A stretch of DNA of 53,657 nucleotides, counting the filler, from Sphacelaria rigidula (Eukaryota), in NCBI GenBank assembly GCA_964200075.2. It is 5 parts of 5 records of this genome, joined end to end, with 100 filler letters (N's around TTAATTAATTAA, not from the genome) between each part and the next. Parts side by side here need not be neighbours in the genome. Positions count along the whole stretch, not along the records: positions 10,753 to 21,404 come from CAXNAA020006141.1; positions 21,505 to 32,155 come from CAXNAA020006142.1; 3 more parts are not named here. One strand, written 5' to 3'. The notes beneath the pieces were generated by a model. That model made no database searches and was not told the origin of the DNA. It was given only the letters and a program-made list of their open reading frames with translations. A program made the translations under genes and the position numbers. How positions within the stretch are numbered: position 1 is the stretch's first letter; each line of letters starts with the position of its first letter. Shown piece after piece: positions 13,263 through 25,700 of the stretch.

Positions 13263-16200
13263 AAAGGGCGGCGGCGGCGGGGGGGTTAATGGTAGCTTTT
13301 TGCGGGGGAGGAATGCTCTTCCTTGTTTCTGTAGTCACCTTTTCTTGAGTGAGTGTCTTCGATTTCAGTTATCTTCGGTACGCATGTGTCTTTTGTGACC
13401 ACGGCTGGACTTGCAGTGGATCAGCTAATGCGCGATACTCGATTCAATCGATTCCACTTGAGGGCGACTAACCAATAAGCCGCTTTTGACACTTCCAGTA
13501 CTTGTGTTGCGGTTTTGACTTGTACCCGGTGAGAACCAAATGTAAACAATGCTTTCGTGAAGTTGAGAGTAGAGGATACGATTGAGAGTGAAAAGCGGCA
13601 ATTAGTGGGAAAAAAAACGTTTCAGTTCCGAAATCCCCCGTCACGAGGCCCGATATTGTTTCTGTAGTAGCTTGCCACTGAGGCCCTTGCTATCCCTGAG
13701 TAGGATATCGACGTGTAGCTGTAAGCACACGGCAGTGAAGGAGGCAATGAAGAGCACACACGGAATAGAGAATTGGCTAAGTTGAAGCGAATGGTCAAGG
13801 CGACTCTCAATCTCACGAAAACACTGTATCATTTAGTCATGTTTGTTGTTTTATCTCGGATACGTCCATCATGTAGCCACAGCTGGATCTCTGGGGAATA
13901 AGTTGATATGCGACAATCAATCCACCCATGTTGCCATCCGTGTATTGGGGTCATCCCGTCTCCGTCGGAGAATTCCTGTTTGAGTTCACCTCAGCAAGGA
14001 AAAAAAAGGAAGGGAGGGGGAAGACTAATACTCCTACCGAAATGATGTTTGCGAAGCCATGACTTGGAACTTGACTCCAAAACATGCCCCCCTCATCAAG
14101 AACAAATACAAACGGTAGGCGCAAAAAGGTGGCTGAAATCACGATTGAAATCTTTCCTACCCGAGTTAACGCCTACCGTAGTGGGCAGTCTACTATTCAG
14201 GGGTGTTTTGGGGTTTTACTCGTGTAATACTCTTCGATGGAACTCGAAACTGTTAGGGTCGGTAGATGTTGGTACAACCAACAGTCCATCCTCGAAACAC
14301 AGCGCCCAAGCCAGTTTTGGTTGGTGTTATCGGGCGATACGAGTAAATAACCCGTTCATCAGGAGGGTGTTATTGACCGTGAAACACGGTTTTTCGCCCC
14401 TAGTGCAATGAATAGGCGGAATTTCGAAAAAATAAGACTGTTTCCTCACAGTATGATCGGGATAGGCTAGATCGACCGAAAATACCGAGGTGTGAGAATC
14501 TGGGCTGAAACATAGCAGGACCCCCCATGACCGGTCAGCCCGTAAGTCACTCAATATTGAGTACAGATCATTTTTTCCTCTTGGAATGTGGAGTGGACAC
14601 AAATATCTTCAGATCCCCAATGTGACGAGCGATGGCAAGTGAAAAGAGCCCAGGAAAATCGCCATTTACGAAAAAATCGCAAAATGCCACAAAATGATTG
14701 GTTAGACCGCCCACTACTTTAGTGCTTGTGATCCTCTGTTTGTCATGGCCGTGCAAGGTAGCCTCGGCCATCGAAAAGCCGGCGTATCGTTCTGTCGCGG
14801 CGTGTTCGGTGTTTGGCTTTTACTTGTCTCCACAGGGCAACGGCTCTTTTGTTGCGGTTGTACAGGTAGACATTGGCTTGGAACCACTTGTGGTGGTTGG
14901 CATGTAATAATGGTGTTGGTTTTGTTTTCTGGTGTCTGAGAATCAGACGTGCGTTTTTTCTCTCCCGTCACGTTTATACCTATATTGGCGTCCCTGAAAC
15001 CGTCTATCCGGGGCAAATGGTCCTCATGTTTGGTTTTGATCGATTTGACTGTCGCGCATTGACGGATACCCAAGGGACCCGGCGGTGGTCATTATCCACA
15101 AGCTGGATGCACCCAATCGCAGGGGACACAGATATTATGGAGAACTGTCCTGGTAATGAGAATCCTTCGGGTCAGGGTCAGGGCAGAGGTTAAGGTAAAC
15201 CTAGGCCGCGTGATTCGTGTCCGCGAGTCGGTTCTGCATCGTACAACTACATGACAGCGGCGCGGAGGACGGATTCCGTCAATTTATGTTGTGTCTTCGT
15301 GGCCCGAAAAGTTTTGACGAAAGTTTTGAGATAAATCACGGAGGTCCCACAGTAGCAGCTATCAGCACACACAGCCGAATAGAAGCATATACCCGAAAGA
15401 AAAGAAGATGGAAACGGTGAGTATATCTTTCCATCATTGAGAGTCCCAAGTGACCGGTTATTAGAAGGTCGGCTGTGCAGCTCGAGACACCGACAGTAAC
15501 AATGTTATAGGATAGCCAAAATATATTACGCTTGACGGCCGCACTGAGTCATCTATAGGCTGTGCATCTATTTTCCAAGTGGAAATTGTGCCGATTCTAT
15601 CCATGACCCTCCCACGCGGTCAAAGGACGGAGGAATACTGTAGTCTTCACTCCACAACTTTGCCTGAACCTAACTAGTTTCTGAGGATCGTACACATAAT
15701 ACCTGGGAAGACTAATGCCGAGTTAGCCCCCCACAAAAAGTGCACTGGCACCATTCAACGAACCGGCTGCGATCCCACTATTATTGGGCTCGTTTGCAGC
15801 TATTTCGCCCACATGAGAGGCGTGCAGCAGTCCGAAATCAGCTATAACGCCCAAATCAGTCGCGCCGTGCGGCACGAAACCAGCTTTAACGGCAGTTATG
15901 ATCATCGCCTCCGTGCACGTTTTTGGCCGGTTTTGGAGGGGGCTATCTCGACAGCAGTCGAAATGAGCTTGTTGCTCCCCCGAACCTTTCGGGTCTTTGT
16001 ATCATTGCACTCATCACCTGGAAAATTGATACCCTGGCTCTCTGTATGTCTGTAAACACCCTTCGTCTTGTTCTCCTGTGTTTGGCATAGAAGTAGGACG
16101 CTCATTAACTCATGTCGAATAAGTGGTAAGACTGGCTCGAAAACATCTACATGGCGAACACGTCGGAAGATAGTGATGGCGTTGAAAACAGGCTTCGCCA

Positions 16201-17536
16201 GTCGGGTGATAGTTTCGTATGTATGCCAGTTTCATTCCTAGCAAGTACCAAAGTGTGACCTGCTGGTTGTATTTTGACATGGCTGGAGTCATATGGTCGT
16301 CGATACCATTTGGATGCACTTCAACGCGTTGGTAAGGTGCGTCCACGGAAAGGAAGAGTTGCTGCGGGGAAAGGAAAGCTGAACAATTGTGAGAATCGGT
16401 CTGTCCGGGGCAATGGAAAATATTTGTTCAAAACGTTTTACAGTAACTTCGGCACCTGACCGGCATTCCTCACATACATGTCCTTTTGGGCATAGCTGCA
16501 CAAGTGCAGGCTGTGGAAGCCAGCACGGCCAGCGTGAACGACATTAGTAGAGTTACCCTATGTGTAACTAGTGCCCTTCCTCATTATGGCCTACGTTAGT
16601 GTGACGAGTTTCATGTCGCGTCGCTGCGTTCTCTTTGCGTGGTTCTAGTTGAGCTGCTAATTGAGGAGCTACCCGCACTGAACATACTACTCCTCCGAAA
16701 TTGTTCAGCTGTTCTCCGTACTTCGTTGCACCCTCCAAAAGAAAACGTCCAACCGGACGCACTATATCAGTTCGACCTCTTGAAGTACGCGAAGTAAACA
16801 CAAAACTGATCAAAATCGGCCACAAGTTTGATCATGACGGAGATGGTGTAAAGATACTGCGATCCAAAGAATGAAAAACTGTTCCGAAGTCGGCGGAATC
16901 ATGGACTCCGGTGGTTTGAGGATGGGTTAGTTGTCGCCAACAGATACACGTACGTATCTTGTTCTGGACGCACCCTACGCCACAATACCACACAACATAC
17001 AGTAAAGCCAACCCGGATTATCATACGGAGCACACTTCGTTGGCAATCAAAGCTAGCTATTCCGACTGCCGTCGGTGCAGAGAGCCCCTGTGCTCTCTGT
17101 ATGTCGTGCGTGCAACAATGATGGATATATTTGTTTTGTTCCCTCGGCCACAGCTACTACTGCTGCTGGAGGGCTACCGGGCGACACGTTCGCGTCCAGT
17201 GCGCCTCCAACAGCCATTCAGTTCAAGTGAGTGCTCCCTCAAATATACGTTTGTTGTATCTCTCTCCATGTCGGCGTGTGTGATCTTAGGGGTACGCAAA
17301 GTAAGAAGTTATCTTCACGACAGCCGACGTCGTGCACAGTGGCCTTTGCCACACCCGCCTTACCCGATCTTCTACTAGATATGGAACTGTTGTGGATACT
17401 TACATGTTGTGAATCGATCAGTTGATGACTTTGACATATTGACATCGTGGCACATACAGCGGTCTCACATGAACTCTTGTGCTTGTCAGTGCTCGAGTGT
17501 GCGCCTTACTTCGTGGCGATGCACGCACGGATCTTT

Positions 17537-17537
<1 letters not shown>

Positions 17538-17579
<42 letters not shown>
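17538..17579 (+). repeat. (TAC)n microsatellite
   Basis: About 14 TAC units. Confidence 0.95.
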
Positions 17580-20489
17580 CGTGTTTTGCTGTGTTGTTCT
17601 AGTCTACTGCACGATCCACCAGTGATCGCGGTGAGCGGTGCTTATAGATTGGGTGTTCTCTCCATCATCGGCGGCCGAAGGTACGTCGAAGTGACCTTGG
17701 AAGAAATCCGAAGAGACTTCAAAGTAATCTGGAGAAATCAGGGTGATCTCGCGTCAAGTCGCCATCGTGGCCCAAAACAGCTACGACGGTGTGGAGGCGC
17801 ACGAGAGTGACTACTGAAGGGCGCCTTTTCGATCGCGACTCCTCTCATACAGCAGTAGCTCGTGCACTGCAAGAGTGGAATAGTACCGCACGCATGAGGA
17901 GTGCGCTCCTCTCGTTTTTCCGAGTTGGTGTAAAGTACAGATGATCGGCATACCTTCTCTCCATGCCTGCATGCACTTTTCCCTGGGGACATACGACGAA
18001 CTGTGGCTCGCTTCCTTCTGTTACCGACTTCATATACAGAGATGATAGCCGCAGCCGGTCAAATCCTAGGGCTCACAATGCCCATTTTTGACAGAGAGAT
18101 CCTCATCCCAAAATCGCGTGAACAGCAGCAAGCACTAGGGGGGCTGGAATCATGCGCCATCGAGTTGATCTGAGTTCTGCACTGCGCACTCACACAAGTA
18201 TACAGTCGTGCTGCTGGATTATGAAACAAGTTGTGTTCTGGATTGAACGCTATCGTCGCCGGCACAGCCAAACGCACAGTCTTCGATAACGCCGGTATTT
18301 GAACATCACCAGCTACGTACCTGATATATGTCGCTCATTGCCTCGGCAGGGAAGAGTTGGATCAGCAAACCCGCTCAGTGATGACGCGGAAGTTGCCACC
18401 AAAGAAGGCTTTCAAAATGCCGAACACTATTTCTGATACGACGAGCATACTTCATGATGAATGCGAGGACGGGTTTTTGCGGAAAGGACCAGCCAGGTTT
18501 CTTGGGATGAGTCCCGCCCCCGATGGCTCGTGGACTTGCGAACCACTTGACCGAGAAGAGGGCCATGTGAGTATACTCGACTTGAGTTATATACACACAC
18601 ATATATATATCAAGATATCAGACAATCAAATGACTGCACCATCATCTTTTGGAAGACAGTAGCACAGATGGTGAACCGGGCAAACCGGTAAGACGTGGAA
18701 AGAGTGGTGCCGCGATAGCCCCCCTCAAACCAGCCCCATAACTGCCACCAAGCAAAAAAACACACATCGCGTGATAGCTGATTTCAGACTTCATGAAGTC
18801 CTTCATAGGGATGATATTGGCGAAAACGATCCCAAGCATGGGCGTTCCCAGCTGCGTGGTGTGCTCGGCTTGTGTGTTTTTGCTTTTCGTATGGATTTTG
18901 CCTCCTCAAATGAGCCATTTTTCCGGGCGGGCTATCGCGGCATGACTCGAAATATGCAAGGTTGTGTTCTGTAGGGTACGGGTATGTTCGGTAGGTGTGA
19001 AGCTGTGATCTGTACGGCATACCGGCTGAAATTCGGGTTTGCAGAGGTATAAATGAAGTATTTAATCGCCAAATGTCCGGAGCAAAGTTCGGCGATCGGG
19101 AGATACTGGGCATCCGCTCCATATTCCCGAAACAAACATCATCTCTGCACTCATTATTGAACGACGTACGGCCTGACCGGTCCCTCGGGGGTCCTGCGAC
19201 TACCCAGCCCCGGCTTCTGATCCTCGGGTACCTTTTCTCGATTGAAGCAATCCTGATCGTTCTTGTGAACAATTATAGGTATTCTTATTTCGAATTTCTA
19301 CCTACTCATTGCGCCAAAGCCGAAAAACTGTGCTATTGGATCAGTGACGGTCGATCACATCCCTCAGATGGACGAGGTCCCGACTCCATATCACCCCGAC
19401 AATACCTACTTGAGCATTGCGCCCTGAGCACCACCTGTTTCCCCCCCCCAATATGCATCGACACTTGAATTTTCGAGTGCTAAGGAAGAACGTCAAGCGA
19501 GAACTTCAGAAAATATCCAATTGCGAAATCGCCCAACCGAGCGATGTATAGCACAGGAAGGGTGAATCAATCCCGATCGCTCTCGTGAATGACTTTACAC
19601 ACCTTTCTTTTTTATCTCAACTACTCATTACGCTAGAGCAAAGAAGTTCCTTTTGAACCAAAAACGATCAACCTGTCGATTCAGCCCGTACATCATTCAA
19701 CATTTAGCTTGACTATGGTTCTTGCCTCCGAATGTGCGGTGTATCTCCCGATCCCCATATTCCGGGGTCAAATGTTCACTGGGATGAGCGGTGACACGCG
19801 AAAAAGCTATTGAACATTGCCGACTACGAGAAAATAACAAAGTCCCTCTGATTAAGCTGGAAAATTCTCTATGTCGAATCACTGCGTCGAATGTTTTTAC
19901 GCGGAAGTTTGAGGACCACTGTGATACCAGCTACAGTGTTGCTTTTTGTATTTTTCGATATGATTTCAAGGGTTCGTGTGCATAGTGCGCATCAGTCCTG
20001 CGTCAACAAGAGAGTCTGAGGCTATATAAGTGGCCACGTATTCAAAGTGGCAGGAAGTGCCGCTCATTTGTTGGCCGCCGTTGGGCGAACAGTGGACGAT
20101 AATAGAGTGACCCTTCACGCTTCATCACAGATGCTGGGTTTGAAATGTCTGCTTGAGGGCGATGGGCCGCTCAGTTGCCAGAACGAACAAATCGCACGAG
20201 AATCGTCTCGAGTCTTACCCATCAAAGAGACGTGTACCCAAACAGGTTTATGATCAGATAGGGTAGCGAAAACAACATGTTGACTTTCATGTCTAGAGCT
20301 TCATTTCTTACTGTTATCACCAAAACTGCCACGGTGTTGACAAACAAGAATGTGAATTAGATGTCGGCCGATCTAAACGTGAAAATCTTGGCATGCACCT
20401 TACTCCCATTACCGGGGTGTTCGTATCATATTCAGGAAGAGCCCCCTTCCCCCCCCCTCCCTGGAAGTGACGATACCAGGAAATAAAGC

Positions 20490-20742
20490 AAAAAGCAACT
20501 CATTGTAGGCTGTCATTTGAATGCAAGATAATCAGTAGGCCTCGGGCCGAACAATCTTAGCAGGGTACAGCCCACCCTTTATGCGACTCGCCGAACACAC
20601 CACGGCGCTTCGCGCTTGAGGGTTGAGTGCGAGCCTGGTCCGGCGAAAGCCCGCTATGCTCCGTCCCGGCTTTGAAGGGTGCGAGGTCGAGGTCAATGGT
20701 CTTATGATTATGGCATGCATGATCATAAGTACACCTCCTGCC
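20490..20742 (+). mobile_element. Family-B dispersed repeat (SINE-like, shares LINE 3' tail)
   Basis: GGGCCGAACAATCTTA...GCGACTCGCCGAACACA...GCTTCGCGCTTG...GAGCCTGGTCCGGCGAAA...GTCAATGGTCTTATGATTATGGCATGCATGATCATAAGTACACC. Other copies at 10753-10833, 21325-21404, 26230-26490, 32256-32358 and 53542-53595. Confidence 0.8.
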
Positions 20743-21324
20743 CGCTCACCCAACCCCTGCTTATATTCACTATTTTGAAGGAAAATCACGTTGAGGAGTT
20801 GAGTGATCACTCCATTTGGGTGGAGCCTTGATGATCATCTGATGTTTTTAATTATTGATATCTGCTCGAAGCAATCTTGATGGGTTGAAAGCTAATTGTG
20901 ATGTGCATGTACTTCGTCTGTGCCACAGGTGAAGTCCGTTATAAGGTGCTGATCGTACCCCTTCAGCGGAGGTGCTCACGATGCTTGAATTAGTTTTGTT
21001 GATATATAGTCATTGATGGCCACTGACGAAGAATAGTAAGGCTCGTCGTTACTGAGACTTGTTGGGCCGAAGCCGTCCTTATTGTGGGAATATTCTGAGA
21101 TTTATTTTCTGCGTTATTTGCTTTTTTTTTAAACTTCGACGTTTAGTCGCCCCTATCTACAACAATCATGATGGACTCTCCCGTGCATACACATCCTACG
21201 TCGTTAACGTGGTACCGAAGCATCATTGGGCCGCCGATTCGCGATAGCAGTGAAGGTAGCGCGGGTCATTCTACGAAGCAAATCAAGGGTGCCGAAGGGT
21301 GTTCTACGACCGCTCACGGAGCCC

Positions 21325-21404
21325 TGCTGTGATGCGACTCGCCGATAACACCACGGCGCTTCGCGCTTGGTGATTGAGTGAGAGCCTGGTCCGGCGAAAA
21401 CCCG
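21325..21404 (+). mobile_element. Family-B internal fragment at contig end
   Basis: ATGCGACTCGCCGATAACACCACGGCGCTTCGCGCTTGG...GAGCCTGGTCCGGCGAAAACCCG matches 20581-20653. Confidence 0.75.
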
Positions 21405-21504
21405 NNNNNNNNNNNNNNNNNNNNNNNNNNNNNNNNNNNNNNNNNNNNTTAATTAATTAANNNNNNNNNNNNNNNNNNNNNNNNNNNNNNNNNNNNNNNN
21501 NNNN
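21405..21504. other. Artificial contig linker
   Basis: Same 100-bp spacer. Confidence 0.98.
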
Positions 21505-21550
21505 AATGGTCGAACGACTAAGGCAAGCAACAAATGAGTACGCCCCCCCC
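21505..21550 (+). mobile_element. Family-A LINE 3' tail at contig start
   Basis: AATGGTCGAACGACTAAGGCAAGCAACAAATGAGTACG followed by C8. Confidence 0.8.
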
Positions 21551-21774
21551 TGCCTTTTCCCCTTCCACCCCTCCTTCTCTTTTTAGCCCTGTGATTTTCC
21601 GCCGCGATTCGTCATTTAAATATGAGGAATTTTACCCCTGAGCGTACGTACCCCCAAAGTCTCGCGTAATATTTGTTCAACAACTGCATATCTTGGGTAC
21701 GTGTCCCTCCATTGATATAACACGGTCATGTACACATCACATCACATGACCCTCCCTCCCCTCCGACCACAGTA

Positions 21775-22524
21775 CCGGGATTGACGTTCGCGGATGATTT
21801 CGTGGGGATATCCCAAACACTGAAGGATTGCAGAAATAGGGAATGTACTACGTAAAATACACGGGGAAATGGGCAGTATTTGCCTGTAACGGAGACGAAC
21901 GTTATCCGATGGAGTCCGAGTGGAAGTAAGAGAAGGACTTACGGATTGTTAACCCTTATACAGACCCCGCTCAGCGTAGAAATATTACGAAAAGAAAACT
22001 GTCCTGAGGATTCACACATGGATAAAGAAATAGAACAGGGTAGGGCACAGACGGATAGGCAGGATGGCCGCGATCTTCAGAGGCTCGCACCTCGATACTA
22101 GGGTTTCAGATACGTATTTTGATGAATGTGACTGCGCCGAAGCTAGAATATGCAAAAGTCCGGGAAGGGAGCGCGAAGTTGTTGGATAAGTTGAGAACAG
22201 TACAAATAGCAGTAGCTAAGAAGATACTTGAATGCTCTAGAATGGCGCGCAATACCGTATTGAGAGCAATCGTTGGTACATCGGAGGTAGTAGCGAGAAA
22301 ACTATCGCTATACTAGGGGATAGATGGCGGTCACATACGGCGAAACAGGAAAGGGATGAGACACGCAAAGGGTTCTGTGTCGTGTATGGATGAAACGTAA
22401 TGACCACTCAAATGGTGGTGTTTCTTGAAGGAGTTGGAAAGGTCATCCGTCTCGAAATGGATGCGTGGTCGATGTTCAAACGACTAGGGCAAGCAGCAAA
22501 TGCATACGTTCCCCCCCCCCCCCC
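21775..22524 (+). mobile_element. 5'-truncated, decayed copy of the same LINE lineage
   Basis: FADDFVGIS at ~21788, then HLDTR and MNVTAPKLEYAKV...KKILECS, homologous to 44860-45360. Ends in a family-A tail followed by a C-run at ~22511-22524. Confidence 0.85.
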
Positions 22525-22794
22525 TCGATCACCCCACGCCCGTCTAATGCACTAGGTTTGTTTTCTGAACTTGTTCGACACCTGATCATGAGCACATCGT
22601 AATGATGATGTAGTGATTGCTCATCTTGAGGCTACTTGTTGGCAGCTATGCCACACTCTACTAAGTGATTCGAAGTGTCTAGGCTTTCGAGAATTCCTCC
22701 ACTGTGTGCGCGTGTGTTTGTTTACGGAAACTTTGCGGAGTATCTTACACCTGCTCCCCTGCTCTCCCACGCCCATCCTTTGGCGAACTAACAG

Positions 22795-25700
22795 GCTCCC
22801 CAGGTCCAGGGAGCACCGGCCCCCGGCCGTCACGGTGTCATGGGTGTCGCTCCTACTCCCGCCGCCGCCAAGCTTGCAAACAACGACGGTGGCGGCGGCT
22901 TCTGGGAAACGCCGAGGAACGCCGCAGGGCGCGCCGCGTCACCTCCTGCCGCTGCAATACAGGCAGCAAGGGTAACTGGAGTTGGGGATGGTGGGGGCAG
23001 GGGCGGCGGTGGGAAGGGTGGCGGGACGTCGTTTGGAGGGTGAGCATGTGAACATGACGATGGCGAAATTCTTGAGTATCCCCTTATTTGGGGGTGGGCG
23101 GGCAGAGGGACTTGGCCAACCTCTCCCCCGCGAGACTGGTTTTGAAGGCTAATGCTGAAATGGGACAATCGGAGTGGGGTAGCACTCCCTGTTTGGTTGA
23201 TATTTTAGTTGAGAGGGGTGCAGGGGAGGGGTTAGACTGGCGGTGTTTGAAAGCTTTTCACTGCTGAACGTATACGAGCTGGGCCAGCCTAAAGGCGGAT
23301 TGGAGGTTTGCAGGTCCATGCTCCCGCAAATATTTATAGGTCGAGCGTAAAATTTGGTATAGACGAAACATAAGGCATGCAGAAAAAAATCACGTCGGTA
23401 CCAAAAGTTCTTCTTTCTTTCCATGAGTTGGGGGCATTTTACTGATACGTGAAAACTGATTATTGCTCTCTACTCACGGAAAAAAAACTTTTGGTACCGC
23501 CGCAATTTTTTTGTCATGCGCTATGCATTGTCTATATACCAAATTTTACGCTCCAGCTCCAAACATTGGCCCGAGCATGAGCCTTCAAAAAACCGGGTCG
23601 GGACAGATTCGGAACAGTATTCGCAGGCCACTCACCGCTCCACGTCTGGTTTTCGTGCATGAAATTTTGTGTTGGCGCTCTCTAAGGGATAATCAACAAC
23701 ACTCTGTGGAACAGGTTATTTCCTTTTTTTTCTTGTCACTGGTTTAGTGCGTTCTAGTATGCTAGAGACCCTTTCTTCAGGAGAACGCCCTCACCTCTAT
23801 GGAAAAAAAAACTGAAGGCCCATATGTTTTTGTTCGGTAGACCTTCGTGGTTCTCCATGCTAGGGCCGGATGTTATGGCTAACAGAGTTTTGGCCCACGA
23901 ATTGTTTACTTTTGGGACGTTTGACCCACCTTTTGACCCCCAAACAGGGAAAACCGCCAACACAGGTCTCGGACACTTTGCATCGCTCCACAGAGAGGAG
24001 CCTTGTCTGCCTCTCAGATTCGCTTCACTCCGAGGTTTCGAGATTGGCCGCTGAACAACCGTTGGGCAAAAAACTGTGCTTGCCAACCCCACAAACCAGC
24101 GATTGGCGGGGGTCGGCAAGCACAGTTTTCTGCGCACGGTTTTTTGTTCAGCGACCAATCTCGAAACCTCGAAGTGAAGCGAATCTGAAAGGCAGACAAG
24201 GCTCCTCTCTGTGGAGTGATGCAAAATGTCCGAGACGTGTTGGCGGTTTTCCCTGTTCGGGGGTCAAAAGGTGGGTCAAACGTCCCAAAAGTGAACAATC
24301 CGTGGGCCAAGAATCTGTTTGCCATAACATCTGGCCTAAGTTTCAAATCACAATGCTGAAATTGAGCTGAGGCCTGAGGACCATGTTCATTTCTCCTCAA
24401 AACTCCACTGAAAACACGAAGAAAAAAGACGAAAAAATGAAGAAAAAATGAAAAAAAGATAACGAGCTGTTTTGTTCTATTTTACTATTCACCAGCAGTT
24501 AACCGTACGATATTTCATGGGACTCTCGAAAACTGTGATGCGACATCCATATTCAGGGCATCAAATGCCTATGCTCGTAATATACTGGTTCTAGTATGGA
24601 ATATTATGTGCGCCATATCTCGAGATAGGTAACGAATTAGGTGAAGGTCAGGGTATCTGTCGTCTTCCCGTGCTCCAGGGAATGTCCACACCAAAATTCG
24701 TCATCCTCTGAATGCATTCATCGGGGGTTTCATGGAGATTCTAGTATAGACGCCATGTCCGTAATATATACGAATTACTAGACAGGGGGGTTAATCAACG
24801 AGAAAATATGGACCCAAACTTTTGAACAGATGGGCACTTTCCCCTTGGTTTGACGATCAATGCAATGTACGAGATCACGAGCCAACTCGTCTGTGTCGAT
24901 GAGATACTGCTTTCAGAGCTTGAATCCGTTCTCAGGGTGGCCCAGCTCGTATGGATGCTGTTGAAATGTAGCACGTGATTTCCCCCTTCCCGTTTTCACC
25001 TCGCCGCTCGTATATTTCCGTACACAGCCTTATGATCTCTTCCTTACCTCATTCGTTCTTCCGACTATCACGTTTATTTTATTTCCTTGTCCCATCCCGA
25101 ATTCATATCATACGTGTATGCTTGCGTCTGATGAAAATTCGCCACAAAGGTCGGGAATGCCGCCGGTGATGGCAGCCTGGGCCGGGCAGCAGCTGCGCAA
25201 AATCAACGGGAAGGACGACCTAACATTACTGGAGTTCTGCATGTCCCTCTCGGACGCGTCTGAGATTCGCCAATATCTCGCCGCATACCTGGGCTCCACA
25301 CCTGAGGTGTGTAGATATCCTGCTTTCATGCACGTTTTTCATAATCTTGATCTTGTGCACTCTTCATTCACTGCAAGATCTCCCTCATGCCTCGCCCCTC
25401 CCCCTCCCTGAAACAACATTTGATATGACGAGCGTTTGTTCATACAGGAAATACACTATTCGGCAGTCCCGTGCCCTCCTTCGACTCCAGTGTACCTTTG
25501 TTGCCATGCTCTATTTGACCTTTTTTAGGTTGCGAGGGTACAGGCGTGCGTAGCGTGTCTTGCTTCTAGAAATGCGGTTCACGAATAAGTTCCTTCACCA
25601 AACTTTTGCCATCTCCCCACTGGTGAAGGTACACATCCAATATACCCCATACACGAAGAGACAGGAGACGAAGACAGGGTGATAGAGATTTTCAAACGAC

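Noticed and set aside
23754-24400. Similar ORFs on both strands
   Set aside because: Translation artefact of the palindromic MITE. The same holds for 27166-27638 and 36079-36571.
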